DNA of 64,000 nt, from contig CAWAIF010000002.1 in the NCBI GenBank assembly GCA_963782055.1, positions 256,001-320,000 of the forward strand. Reading direction: 5' to 3'. Numbering within the stretch: the first letter of the stretch is position 1; each line of letters opens with the position of its first letter. Positions 41,942-50,557 of the stretch are shown in pieces. The notes below the pieces were generated by a model. The model searched no databases. It was given only the letters and a program-made list of their open reading frames with translations, and was not told where the DNA came from. Source of the stretch: an uncultured delta proteobacterium. Its GTDB lineage: Bacteria; Myxococcota_A; Polyangia; Polyangiales; Polyangiaceae. The position numbers and the translations under genes were made by a program.

Positions 41942-43717
41942 TCAGGGGTCCGCGCGGGACACGTCGGCGGCGAGGTCGTCGCGCAGGAAGACGTGGTCCT
42001 CGCCGAAGCTGGCGGTCTCCCGGTAGTGCGCCTTCACCCACGCGGAGGTGTCCGGGTCGTGGACCTTGAAGTCGTAGATCGAGTCCGCCCACGTGGTGAG
42101 TGGGGCCTTGTCCATGAAGACGAACGCCGCCGGCGGGCTCTTCTTCAGGCGCGCGAGCATGTCCTTCTCGTGCGCGGCGCGCAGCGCCCGGATGTGCGCG
42201 GCCTGCGCCTTCGTCGGGTGGATTCCCGCGCGCATCCACGAGCCGGCGAGCGCGCCGTCGGCGTTCAGGTCGTAGGCGTAGATGTACGGCGTGGCGCTCT
42301 TGCGCTCGGCGAGAAAGAGCATGTACGGGTCCATGCCGTACATCTGCACCTTGTCGCTCGGCCGGGTGTGCTCGCGCAGGTAGGCGGCTGTCTGCCGCAT
42401 CTCCCACGGGAAGTAGTCGCTGCCGCGGAAGTACACGAGGTAGTCGTGGCCCACGCGCTGCTCCGCGGTGGCGCCCTTGCTCAGGATCCACACGTCGTTG
42501 ATGTGCGGCGAGAGCGGCATGAGCGCGGCGATGCGCCCGGCGAGCACCGCCGCCCCCGCGTACGGCAAGAGGCGCGTGACGATGCCGGTGCGCGCCCGGC
42601 CGAAGCGCTCGGAGAGCCACACCACCAGCGCCACCCACTGCAGGTTGAGCCCCGCCGTCACCGGGTGAAAGTGGTACGGGAAGCCCTTCGACTGGGCGAG
42701 CACGCTGGCCAGCCCGCAGAGGGGCATCAGCGCGATCCCCAGCGCGCGCCGCGGGAGCTGCCCGTCCAGGATGAGCGCGACCATCACCGCGCTGGTCACC
42801 GCGGAGAGCGCCGCCGCCGTGCCGCCCCACTGCAGGCTGAGGATTTCCGACGCCGTGCGCGGCATCATGAAGCGGTACATCGTCGGCACGTCGAAGAGGG
42901 TGATCCGCAAAAATGCGCGGATGTCGCCGTACCGCCAGAGGAAGGCGAGCTGCGTGGAGGCTCCCAGCAGGCACCCGCCGAGGAAGAGGGTCAGCTTGCG
43001 GCGGGTGCGCATCGGACCGCCGCGGTCCACCGCCAGCGTCAGCAGCTGCGCCATGGTGAAGAAGGCGAACGTCGGCTTGCCGAAGCACGGGATGGCGCTG
43101 AGCACGCCCGCCAGCACGAGCAGCGCCGCCGGCCCGCGTGTCCCGCGACCGCGCTCCGCCAGCCGCGCCTGCGCCAGGAGCTGTAGCCCGAAGCTCGGGA
43201 GCATGAACCAGTCGCAGAAGGTCTCCCGCTGCGCGAGATCCCAGTACAGGTACATCAGGAGCTGGCCGCTCAGCACCACCCACGTCGCGCCGGCCCACGC
43301 CAGACGCGTCAGCCACTCCTCCGCGGCGCTCGCCCAGCGGGTCCCCTTGCGGCCGAGGCCGGGGAGGCACGCGCCGACGATCGCGAAGGAGATCCCGGTC
43401 ACCGTGAGGTCGATCACGTGGAAGCGGTGCTCGTCCCTCCCACCGAGCAGGAGCATGCCCATGTGGATCATGTGGGTGAGCGGGCCGTTGACGTCGCGCA
43501 CGTCGCGGTAGTCCACGTCGCCGTGCATCAGCGCCCACGCGACGTACTGGAAGATCCCCTGATCGCGGCCGAGCGTCGTGAGCGTCGCGCGGTAGGTCGC
43601 CTCGCGCACCCACGCCAGCGGCGGTAGCGCCACGATGAGCGCCGGCACCACGCCGCGGAGCCAACCGGCCACGCGCCGCGCTGCCTCGGCCATTCGATAG
43701 GGCGCGCCAAGGTCCAT
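41942..43717 (-). CDS. Polytopic membrane protein, probable GT-C (ArnT/PMT-like) glycosyltransferase
   Basis: RDQGIFQYVAW..G...YRDVRDVNGP first loop; GKP after a TM; FPYHF; periplasmic C-terminal domain. Confidence 0.6.
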   Translation of the reverse strand: MDLGAPYRMAEAARRVAGWLRGVVPALIVALPPLAWVREATYRATLTTLGRDQGIFQYVAWALMHGDVDYRDVRDVNGPLTHMIHMGMLLLGGRDEHRFHVIDLTVTGISFAIVGACLPGLGRKGTRWASAAEEWLTRLAWAGATWVVLSGQLLMYLYWDLAQRETFCDWFMLPSFGLQLLAQARLAERGRGTRGPAALLVLAGVLSAIPCFGKPTFAFFTMAQLLTLAVDRGGPMRTRRKLTLFLGGCLLGASTQLAFLWRYGDIRAFLRITLFDVPTMYRFMMPRTASEILSLQWGGTAAALSAVTSAVMVALILDGQLPRRALGIALMPLCGLASVLAQSKGFPYHFHPVTAGLNLQWVALVVWLSERFGRARTGIVTRLLPYAGAAVLAGRIAALMPLSPHINDVWILSKGATAEQRVGHDYLVYFRGSDYFPWEMRQTAAYLREHTRPSDKVQMYGMDPYMLFLAERKSATPYIYAYDLNADGALAGSWMRAGIHPTKAQAAHIRALRAAHEKDMLARLKKSPPAAFVFMDKAPLTTWADSIYDFKVHDPDTSAWVKAHYRETASFGEDHVFLRDDLAADVSRADP

Positions 43718-43836
43718 GCCGCGCGGAAATTAGCATTCCTTCCGGGCGTCTTGCCCACCGTCTCGCCTCCGTCCCCTGGAGAGACGGCCCATGGACTCGA
43801 CCTGTGGCCCACGAAGGGTCCACAATACGCGGCACG

Positions 43837-44955
43837 ATGACGGAACCCGTACGTCGACTCGTAGTCCCGCAGACCCCCCCGGCCGACAGGGCTCAGGCGT
43901 TCGCCGAGGTCCTGGCGCAGGCCAAGGGCAAACGCATCCTGGTGCCCCTGCGCGGGCATCCGGACCCCGACGGCATCGCCAGCGCGCTCGCGCTCGCGCA
44001 CCTCGCCGCCCGCATGGGCGTGGCGAGCACCACCATCGCCTACGTCCACGAGCTGAGCCACCGCGAGAACCGCGCGCTGGTGAAGCTGCTCGGCCTGGAG
44101 CTGCGGAAGATCAAGACCGTGAAGGACGTCGAGCCGGTCGACTACCTGGCCTTCGTCGACGCGCACGACCTGGACCCCGACCTCGCCGACGCCGAGGACA
44201 TCGAGGTGCTCGCCATCATCGACCACCACCGCGCCTCCACGCCGCCGAAGGCGCACTTCGTCGACATGCGCCACGACGTGGGCGCCACCGCCACCATCTT
44301 CGTCGAGTATCTGAGCACGCTGGCCCCCCTCGACGCCGAGGTGGACGAGGACCGCCGCCTGGCGACCGCGCTGATGCACGGCCTCTCGACCGACACCGAC
44401 GACTTCACCCTGGCCCGGGCGACCGACTTCCGCGCCGCCTCGCAGATCGCCGAGGTGTGCGACCGCGACATGCTCCAGGACCTGAGCCGCCACCTCATCG
44501 CCTCCAGCGCGATGGACGTCATCGCGCGGGCGCTCGCCGCGCTCCTCGTCCGCCGCAACTTCGCCATGGCGGGCGTCGGCTTCGTGCCGGAGAGCGAGCG
44601 CGACACCATCGCGCAGGCGGCCGACTTCCTCATCCGCCGCGAGGACATCGACACCGTCGTCGTCTACGGCGTCGTGGGCGACCGCTTCATCGAGGGCTCG
44701 CTGCGCACGCACTCGCCGAGCGTCGACCCCGCCGCATGGCTGGAGCAGGCCTTCGGCTTCGACGACCGCGGGCGCGCTTACGGAGGCGGCCGTCGCGACA
44801 AGGGCGGCTTCCGCATCCCCATCGGCTTCCTGGGCCGCAGCACCAATCGCGCGCAGCTCTGGGGCCTGGTGGAGCACGCCGCGCGCACCGCGCTGCTCCG
44901 GCAAATCGGCGAGGAGGCCCCCACAGGCGTCATCGTCGCGCCGCCGGCGACCTGA
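43837..44955 (+). CDS. DHH-family phosphoesterase
   Basis: HPDPDGIAS, FVDA, IIDHH, GATATI, GLSTDT, SLRT, GGGR. Confidence 0.85.
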   Translation: MTEPVRRLVVPQTPPADRAQAFAEVLAQAKGKRILVPLRGHPDPDGIASALALAHLAARMGVASTTIAYVHELSHRENRALVKLLGLELRKIKTVKDVEPVDYLAFVDAHDLDPDLADAEDIEVLAIIDHHRASTPPKAHFVDMRHDVGATATIFVEYLSTLAPLDAEVDEDRRLATALMHGLSTDTDDFTLARATDFRAASQIAEVCDRDMLQDLSRHLIASSAMDVIARALAALLVRRNFAMAGVGFVPESERDTIAQAADFLIRREDIDTVVVYGVVGDRFIEGSLRTHSPSVDPAAWLEQAFGFDDRGRAYGGGRRDKGGFRIPIGFLGRSTNRAQLWGLVEHAARTALLRQIGEEAPTGVIVAPPAT

Positions 44956-44966
44956 TCCGCGCCGAG

Positions 44967-45869
44967 GTGCGCGTCGCCTTCTTCGGGCTGCCGCTCGCGG
45001 CGCTGCTGCTCGCACGCGACGGCCACGAGGTCGTCTACGCCGGGATCTGCCGCGACGCCGCCCCGGGGCTTCGCCGCGCGCGCCGCACCCTGGGCGACGT
45101 GGTGTCGGTGCGGCCGGACGTGACCTCCGCGGCGGTCGCCGAGCGCGTGCGCGCGTCGGCGCCGGACCTCGTGGTGAGCTGGTTCTGGACCACGCGCCTG
45201 CCCCGCGCCGTCCTGCAGACCGCGTCGCGCGGGGCCCTCGGCGTGCACCCGTCCCTCTTGCCGCGTCACCGCGGGCCGGACCCCTATTTCTGGGCCATCG
45301 ACGCGGGCGACGTCGAGACCGGCGTCACCGCGCACGTGCTGGACGACGAGTACGACACCGGGGCCGTCCTCGCGCGGCGCTCCTTGCGCATCGACCCGGC
45401 GTGGAACGCGTGGACGCTGGCGCGGAAGCTGGACCGCCCCTCCCTCGGCCTGCTGCGGGAGGTGGTGCGCGCGTACGCGGCAGGCACTCCGCCCGCCCCT
45501 GTGCCGCAGGACGAGGCGGCGGTGACGCGGGCGCCGGCCCCGTCGGACGACGAGCTGGAGATCCGGTGGTCGTGGCCCGCGGCGCGGATCGCGCGGAGGG
45601 TGCGCGCGGCCGCGCCTTGGCCGGGGGCGTACACCGCCGTCGGCGGGCGGACGGTGGCGCTGGTGGAGGCGGCCGTCACGGACGACTTCCCGCGCGCCCT
45701 CGCCCCCGGGGAGGCGTGGGTGCGAGCGGACGGCGTGGCGGTGGTGCGCGCCGCCGATGCCGCTCTGGAGCTCCGGCGCGGCCGCGACGAGGAAGACGAG
45801 CGCGAGCTGGGCGTGGCGGAGCTGGCCAATCGCGTCCGGGCGGCCGCCGGGGGCCCCGAGAAGGCGTAG
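44967..45869 (+). CDS. Formyltransferase (Fmt/ArnA-N-like)
   Basis: VRVAFFG, PDLVVS, GVHPSLLPRHRGPDP, TGVTAH..D.YDTG, RVRAAAPWPGA. Confidence 0.82.
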   Translation: MRVAFFGLPLAALLLARDGHEVVYAGICRDAAPGLRRARRTLGDVVSVRPDVTSAAVAERVRASAPDLVVSWFWTTRLPRAVLQTASRGALGVHPSLLPRHRGPDPYFWAIDAGDVETGVTAHVLDDEYDTGAVLARRSLRIDPAWNAWTLARKLDRPSLGLLREVVRAYAAGTPPAPVPQDEAAVTRAPAPSDDELEIRWSWPAARIARRVRAAAPWPGAYTAVGGRTVALVEAAVTDDFPRALAPGEAWVRADGVAVVRAADAALELRRGRDEEDERELGVAELANRVRAAAGGPEKA

Positions 45870-45963
45870 TCGGTGCCCTCGCGAGGCCGCTTGGCCAAAG
45901 GCGAGGCGTCGCATAGCATCGTGGGAACCGCGCCCGACGACCGCGCGCCTAGGAGACCACGAC

Positions 45964-47016
45964 GTGTCCGACATCCCCACGACCGCCCGCACGGCGCGCG
46001 AGTCCCTCGCGCGCGGGTTGAGCGCCCTCCAGTCCGACCCCAACATCCCGCCGCAGCTCGTGGACCTCGCCGCGCCCATCGCCCAGGCCATGAGCGCCCT
46101 GCACCAGATCGAGCGCAACAACGGGTCGCAGCTCTCGCCCTTCGCCGACACGGCGCTCCAGAACGTGCGCACCGCGCTCTCGTCGCTGCAGGCGCAGCCC
46201 AACCAGCACCCCGCCGTCGCGCAGGCGATGGAGGCGGTCGCCGGGTCGCTGGGCCTGGTGCACGCGCTGAGCAAGCTCGCCTCGCCGGGCGCCGCCGCGG
46301 CGCAGCCGGCACCAGCGCAGCCGGCACCGGCGCAGCCCGCCTTCCCGCAGCCCGCCCAGCCGTACGCGCCGCCGCCCGCGCAGCAGCCGGCGTACGCGCA
46401 GCCCGCGCAGCAGCCGTACGCGCCGCCGCCCGCGCAGCAGCCGGCGTACGCGCAGCCCGCGCAGCAGCCGTACGCGCCGCCCGCGCAGCAGGCGTACGCG
46501 CCGCCCCCCGCGCAGAACAACCCGTACGCCGCCCAGGCGGCGCCGCCCGCGTTCGGTCAGGCCGCGCCCGACCCCTTCGGTGGTGGCCGCTCACCCATGG
46601 CGGCGACCGCGCTCGCCCCGCCGGGCGCCGGCCCGGTCCCGCCCGGCATGCCCGTGTCCGGCCGTCCGCCTTCGCCCCCTGCGGTCGGCGACGCGCCCAC
46701 GATCAACGCCGACCTCGGGGCCAACAGCCCGTCCAACTTCTACAAGGGCCTCTCCGGCAACGACATCATCGATCACGGCGGCCTCTTCGTGTCCACGTAC
46801 ATGATCCCCAAGATCGGCACGCCCGTCCGGCTCCGCGTCTCGATGCCCGGCGGCTACGAATTCGAGGCGAACGGCGTCGTGCGCTGGTCGCGCGAGGCCA
46901 CCGGCGACGCCGCACCGGGCTTCGGCGCGCAGCTCACGCAGATCACGCCGGAGGCGCGTCAGCTCGTGTACCGCTACGTGCGCAATCGCGAGCCGCTCTT
47001 CCACGACGACCTGTGA
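45964..47016 (+). CDS. Protein with Pro/Gln/Tyr repeat linker and C-terminal PilZ-like (TIGR02266-like) domain
   Basis: RBS AGGAG, GTG start; SNFYKGLS..GGLFVSTY...G..V.L....PGG...A.GVVRW.R...PGFG....REPLFH. Confidence 0.75.
   Translation: MSDIPTTARTARESLARGLSALQSDPNIPPQLVDLAAPIAQAMSALHQIERNNGSQLSPFADTALQNVRTALSSLQAQPNQHPAVAQAMEAVAGSLGLVHALSKLASPGAAAAQPAPAQPAPAQPAFPQPAQPYAPPPAQQPAYAQPAQQPYAPPPAQQPAYAQPAQQPYAPPAQQAYAPPPAQNNPYAAQAAPPAFGQAAPDPFGGGRSPMAATALAPPGAGPVPPGMPVSGRPPSPPAVGDAPTINADLGANSPSNFYKGLSGNDIIDHGGLFVSTYMIPKIGTPVRLRVSMPGGYEFEANGVVRWSREATGDAAPGFGAQLTQITPEARQLVYRYVRNREPLFHDDL
46357..46491 (+). repeat. Intragenic 54-bp tandem repeat (two identical copies plus a partial third)
   Basis: CAGCCGTACGCGCCGCCGCCCGCGCAGCAGCCGGCGTACGCGCAGCCCGCGCAG at 46357 and 46411; encodes QPYAPPPAQQPAYAQPAQ. 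Confidence 0.9.
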
Positions 47017-47972
47017 GGCGGGGCCGCCTCTACGACCGCGTCTTTCCGCGGTGGCGACCGCCCGAGTCCTTCCGGGCGACGGGGGCCGCGGCGCGCGGCG
47101 GCGTGCGCATTGCCTGGCTCGGCACCGCCGGCCACGTCGTGCGCACCGAGACGACGACGCTCCTCATCGACCCGTACGTCTCGCGGGCCGGCCTGCTGCG
47201 CCTCGCGTCCTCGCGCCTGCGACCGGACGACGCCGCCATCGACCGCTGGATCCCCGAGCACGTCGACGCGGTGCTCTGCGGTCACAGCCACTTCGATCAT
47301 CTCCTCGACGCGCCGCGCATCGCGCACCTTCGCGGGGCGAAGCTCGTCGGCTCGGCGACGACGTGCGCCTTCGCGCGGGCCGAGGGAGTGCCCGACTCGC
47401 AGCTCGTGGAGGTCCCTCCCACCGGCCTGTCCACCCGGGTGGGCGATGTGGACGTTCGCTATGTGCCGAGCCTCCACGGGCGCATCGCCCTCGGCCGCGT
47501 TCCTTTTCCCGGCGAGGTGCGCACGCCGCCGCATCTGCCGCGCCGCATGTGGAACTACAAGATGGGGGGCGCCTTCGGCATCCTGCTGCGCGCGGCGGGG
47601 GTGAGCGTTTACCACAACGGCAGCGCCAATCTCGTCGACGCCAAGCTGCGCGGGGCGCACGCCGACGTGCTGCTCGTCGGCCTCGCGGGCCGCTCCTCGA
47701 CGCGCGACTACCTCGCCCGCCTCACGGGTGTGCTCGGGCCGGACCTGCTGGTGCCGACCCACCACGACGCCTTCTTCGCGCCGCTGGAGGAGGGGCTCCG
47801 CCTGCTGCCGCGCATCGACCTGGATGGCTTCGCCGCCGAGGCACGCCGCCTCGCGCCGCGTGCGCGCGTCCTCTTCCCCGATTACGGCGAGGTGGTGCAG
47901 GTCCACGCGCAGCAGGCCCGGGGCGCGACGCTGGTGCGCGACGCGCACGCCATGGACGAGCTGCACACCTGA
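47013..47972 (+). CDS. MBL-fold metallo-hydrolase
   Basis: WLGTAG, LLIDPY, GHSHFDHLLD, SLHG, YHNGS, PTHHD; GTGA overlap start. Confidence 0.85.
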   Translation: MRRGRLYDRVFPRWRPPESFRATGAAARGGVRIAWLGTAGHVVRTETTTLLIDPYVSRAGLLRLASSRLRPDDAAIDRWIPEHVDAVLCGHSHFDHLLDAPRIAHLRGAKLVGSATTCAFARAEGVPDSQLVEVPPTGLSTRVGDVDVRYVPSLHGRIALGRVPFPGEVRTPPHLPRRMWNYKMGGAFGILLRAAGVSVYHNGSANLVDAKLRGAHADVLLVGLAGRSSTRDYLARLTGVLGPDLLVPTHHDAFFAPLEEGLRLLPRIDLDGFAAEARRLAPRARVLFPDYGEVVQVHAQQARGATLVRDAHAMDELHT

Positions 47973-48079
47973 GGATGTGGGAGGGAACGCTTCACACACT
48001 CTGGGCGTATGTGCGTGCTCGGCGGGAGGAGTCGAGCGCGTCGACCACCACGCATTCTGCTAAGATGTGAGGTTGCGGG

Positions 48080-49525
48080 ATGAGCGGTCCCAGGAACATC
48101 CAGGAGCGGTCGCGCCAGCGTGTCGGCTCGCTCGTGAAGGAAAAGTGGCGGCTGGATGCCCTGCTGGGCGTCGGCGGTACGGCCGCGGTGTTCGCGGCGA
48201 CCCACCGCAACGGCAAGCGCGCCGCCATCAAGATGCTCCACGCGCAGCTCTCCACCAACGAGGAGCTCGTCGCCCGCTTCCTGCGCGAGGGCTACGCGGC
48301 GAACAAGCTGGACCACCCCGGCGTGGTGTCGGTGCTGGACGACGATCGCACCGAGGACGGCGCCGTCTTCCTGGTGATGGAGCTGCTCGATGGCTATTCG
48401 CTGGAGCGGCACGCGCGTCCCGGCACCGAGCTCTTGCCGATCGATCAGGTGCTGCGGCTCGGCGACGAGCTGCTCGACGTGCTCGCCGTCGCGCACTCCA
48501 AGGGCGTCATCCACCGCGACATCAAGCCGGCGAACCTCTTCCTCACGCGCGAGGGCCGGCTGAAGGTGCTCGACTTCGGCATCGCGCGCCTCGCCGAGCG
48601 GCTGGACGATCAGACCGCCACGCAGACCGGCGCGACGATCGGCACGCCGGCCTTCATGCCGCCGGAGCAGGCGCGTGGTCGCTGGAGCATCGTCGACGCG
48701 CGTACCGACATCTGGTCGGTGGGCGCGACCCTCTTCGCGATGCTCGCCGGCACGCGCCCGCGCCGCGCCGAGACGGTGAACGAGGAGCTCCTGCTCGCGA
48801 TGACGCAGCCGGTGCCGTCGCTCGCATCGCTCGCCCCCCAGCTCCCCCCGCAGCTCGTCGCCCTGGTCGATCGCGCCCTCGCGTTCGAGATGGACCAGCG
48901 CTGGGCGGACGCACGGACGATGCAGGTGGCGCTGCGCCAGGTGCGCGACGAGCTCGCGCGGGAGGGGACGCCGCCGACGCTCCTGGCGCTGGAGGTGGAC
49001 ACGGCGCCCGTGGTCGCCACGCCCGCGCCGGTGCCGTCCGATCCGGACCCGACCGGTCCCATGACCGGGCCCGAGCTCGACCCGCGCCTCACCACCTCTC
49101 GGCCGCTGGTCACCTCCGGCGAGGCGCCCGCGCCGAGGAAGGGCTCCGCCATCGGGCTCGCCATCGGCGTCGCCGGGCTGCTCTCGCTGGCGGCGGCCGC
49201 GGGCTTCGCCGCGGTGAAGCTCGCCACCCACCCCACCGCCGCGCCGGCCGCCGCCGCGCACGCGGTGTCTCCGCACAAGGCTGCCACCGCGACCGCGGCG
49301 ACCCCCATGACGACGGCGAAGGCGACGGCGCCGTCGTCCGCGTCCGCGTCGCCGCCGCCGACATCCTCGGCGACCGAGGAGGCGACCTCGGCGAAGGTCG
49401 CGGAGAAGCCGCCTGCCGCGCCCGCCACCGCGAAGACGAAGCACATGCCCGCGACCGCGAAGACGACCAAGACCACGGCTCATCCCGCGCCGAGCGGCAA
49501 CAGCATGCTGGACCTGCGCTTCTGA
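48080..49525 (+). CDS. Membrane Ser/Thr protein kinase (cassette 2, first gene)
   Basis: GVGGTAAVF, AIK, HRDIKPANL, DFGIAR, GTPAFMPPEQ, DIWSVG; TM; Ala/Thr/Lys-rich tail ending MLDLRF. Confidence 0.93.
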   Translation: MSGPRNIQERSRQRVGSLVKEKWRLDALLGVGGTAAVFAATHRNGKRAAIKMLHAQLSTNEELVARFLREGYAANKLDHPGVVSVLDDDRTEDGAVFLVMELLDGYSLERHARPGTELLPIDQVLRLGDELLDVLAVAHSKGVIHRDIKPANLFLTREGRLKVLDFGIARLAERLDDQTATQTGATIGTPAFMPPEQARGRWSIVDARTDIWSVGATLFAMLAGTRPRRAETVNEELLLAMTQPVPSLASLAPQLPPQLVALVDRALAFEMDQRWADARTMQVALRQVRDELAREGTPPTLLALEVDTAPVVATPAPVPSDPDPTGPMTGPELDPRLTTSRPLVTSGEAPAPRKGSAIGLAIGVAGLLSLAAAAGFAAVKLATHPTAAPAAAAHAVSPHKAATATAATPMTTAKATAPSSASASPPPTSSATEEATSAKVAEKPPAAPATAKTKHMPATAKTTKTTAHPAPSGNSMLDLRF

Positions 49526-49527
49526 CG

Positions 49528-50541
49528 ATGCGCGGACGACGTCCAGCACGCGGGCCGAACACGCTCGCCGGGGCCGCCATCGCCGCCGCCCTGGTGCTGC
49601 TGCCCGGCGTCGCGCTCGCGCAGAGCGCCAGCAAGGAGGCCGATCGCCTCTTTCGCGAGGGCCGCAAGCTCGCCGAGTCCCACGACTACGCCTCCGCCTG
49701 TCCCAAGTTCGCGCAGAGCGAGAAGCTCGACCCGGCGCCGGGCACCCTCCTCAACCTCGCCGACTGCGAGGAGCGCACCGGTCACTTCGTGTCGGCGGCC
49801 GAGCACTACCGGCTCGCCGGGTCCGGCTTCGGGAAGAAGGACAAACGCCGCAACTTTGCCGCGCGCAAGGCCGCGGCGCTGGACAAGCGCATCGCGCACC
49901 TCACGCTGCGCCTGGCCGCCGGTGCGCCGGACGGGACCGTCGTCCGCCTCGGTGACGAGATCGTGGAGGGCGCGAAGCTCGGCGTCGCCGCCCCCGCCGA
50001 CCCCGGCGACGTGGTCGTCGTGGTGACCGCGCCGGGCCACCAGGAGAAGCGCTACCCGGTGAAGCTCGAGGATGGCGGCAAGGTGGACCTGACGGTGCAG
50101 CCGGGCGACGTCGTCGTCGCGCCGGTGGCGTCCTCGTCGCCGCCTGCGTCGCCCGGCGGACCGCCCTGGACCGCGGAGAAGCCCCCCGCGCACGGGTCCT
50201 CCTCGCTTCGCACGGCCGGCTTCGTCGTCGGCGGCGTCGGCGTGGCCGGGCTCGCGCTGGGCGCGGTCACCGGCATCCTCTCCGTCGACAAGGCGTCCAC
50301 GGTGCGTGCGCACTGCAACACCACCACCTACGACTGCGATCCGGAGGGCCTGGACGCCGCGCAGGCCGGGCAGGTGCTCTCGCCGCTCTCCACGGTGGGC
50401 TTCATCGCCGGCGGAGTGCTCGCCGCCACCGGCGTGGTGCTGGTGATCCTGGGCGGCAAGGGGCACAAGTCCACCTCGGCGTCGTGGGTGCCGCTGGTCG
50501 GCCCCACTTTCGCGGGCGCCGGTCTCGTGGGAAGATTCTGA
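49528..50541 (+). CDS. TPR + PEGA-like protein (cassette 2, second gene)
   Basis: Signal peptide ALA; ADRLFREGRKL...YASACPKF..S..LDP..GTLLNLADC; DPG.VVVVVTAPG; two Gly-rich hydrophobic helices; ends GAGLVGRF. Confidence 0.82.
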   Translation: MRGRRPARGPNTLAGAAIAAALVLLPGVALAQSASKEADRLFREGRKLAESHDYASACPKFAQSEKLDPAPGTLLNLADCEERTGHFVSAAEHYRLAGSGFGKKDKRRNFAARKAAALDKRIAHLTLRLAAGAPDGTVVRLGDEIVEGAKLGVAAPADPGDVVVVVTAPGHQEKRYPVKLEDGGKVDLTVQPGDVVVAPVASSSPPASPGGPPWTAEKPPAHGSSSLRTAGFVVGGVGVAGLALGAVTGILSVDKASTVRAHCNTTTYDCDPEGLDAAQAGQVLSPLSTVGFIAGGVLAATGVVLVILGGKGHKSTSASWVPLVGPTFAGAGLVGRF

Positions 50542-50557
50542 GCTGGAGGAGGAGCCC

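Noticed and set aside
46357..46491. Tandem repeat as a CRISPR array
   Set aside because: Contiguous in-frame coding repeats with no spacers and no cas genes
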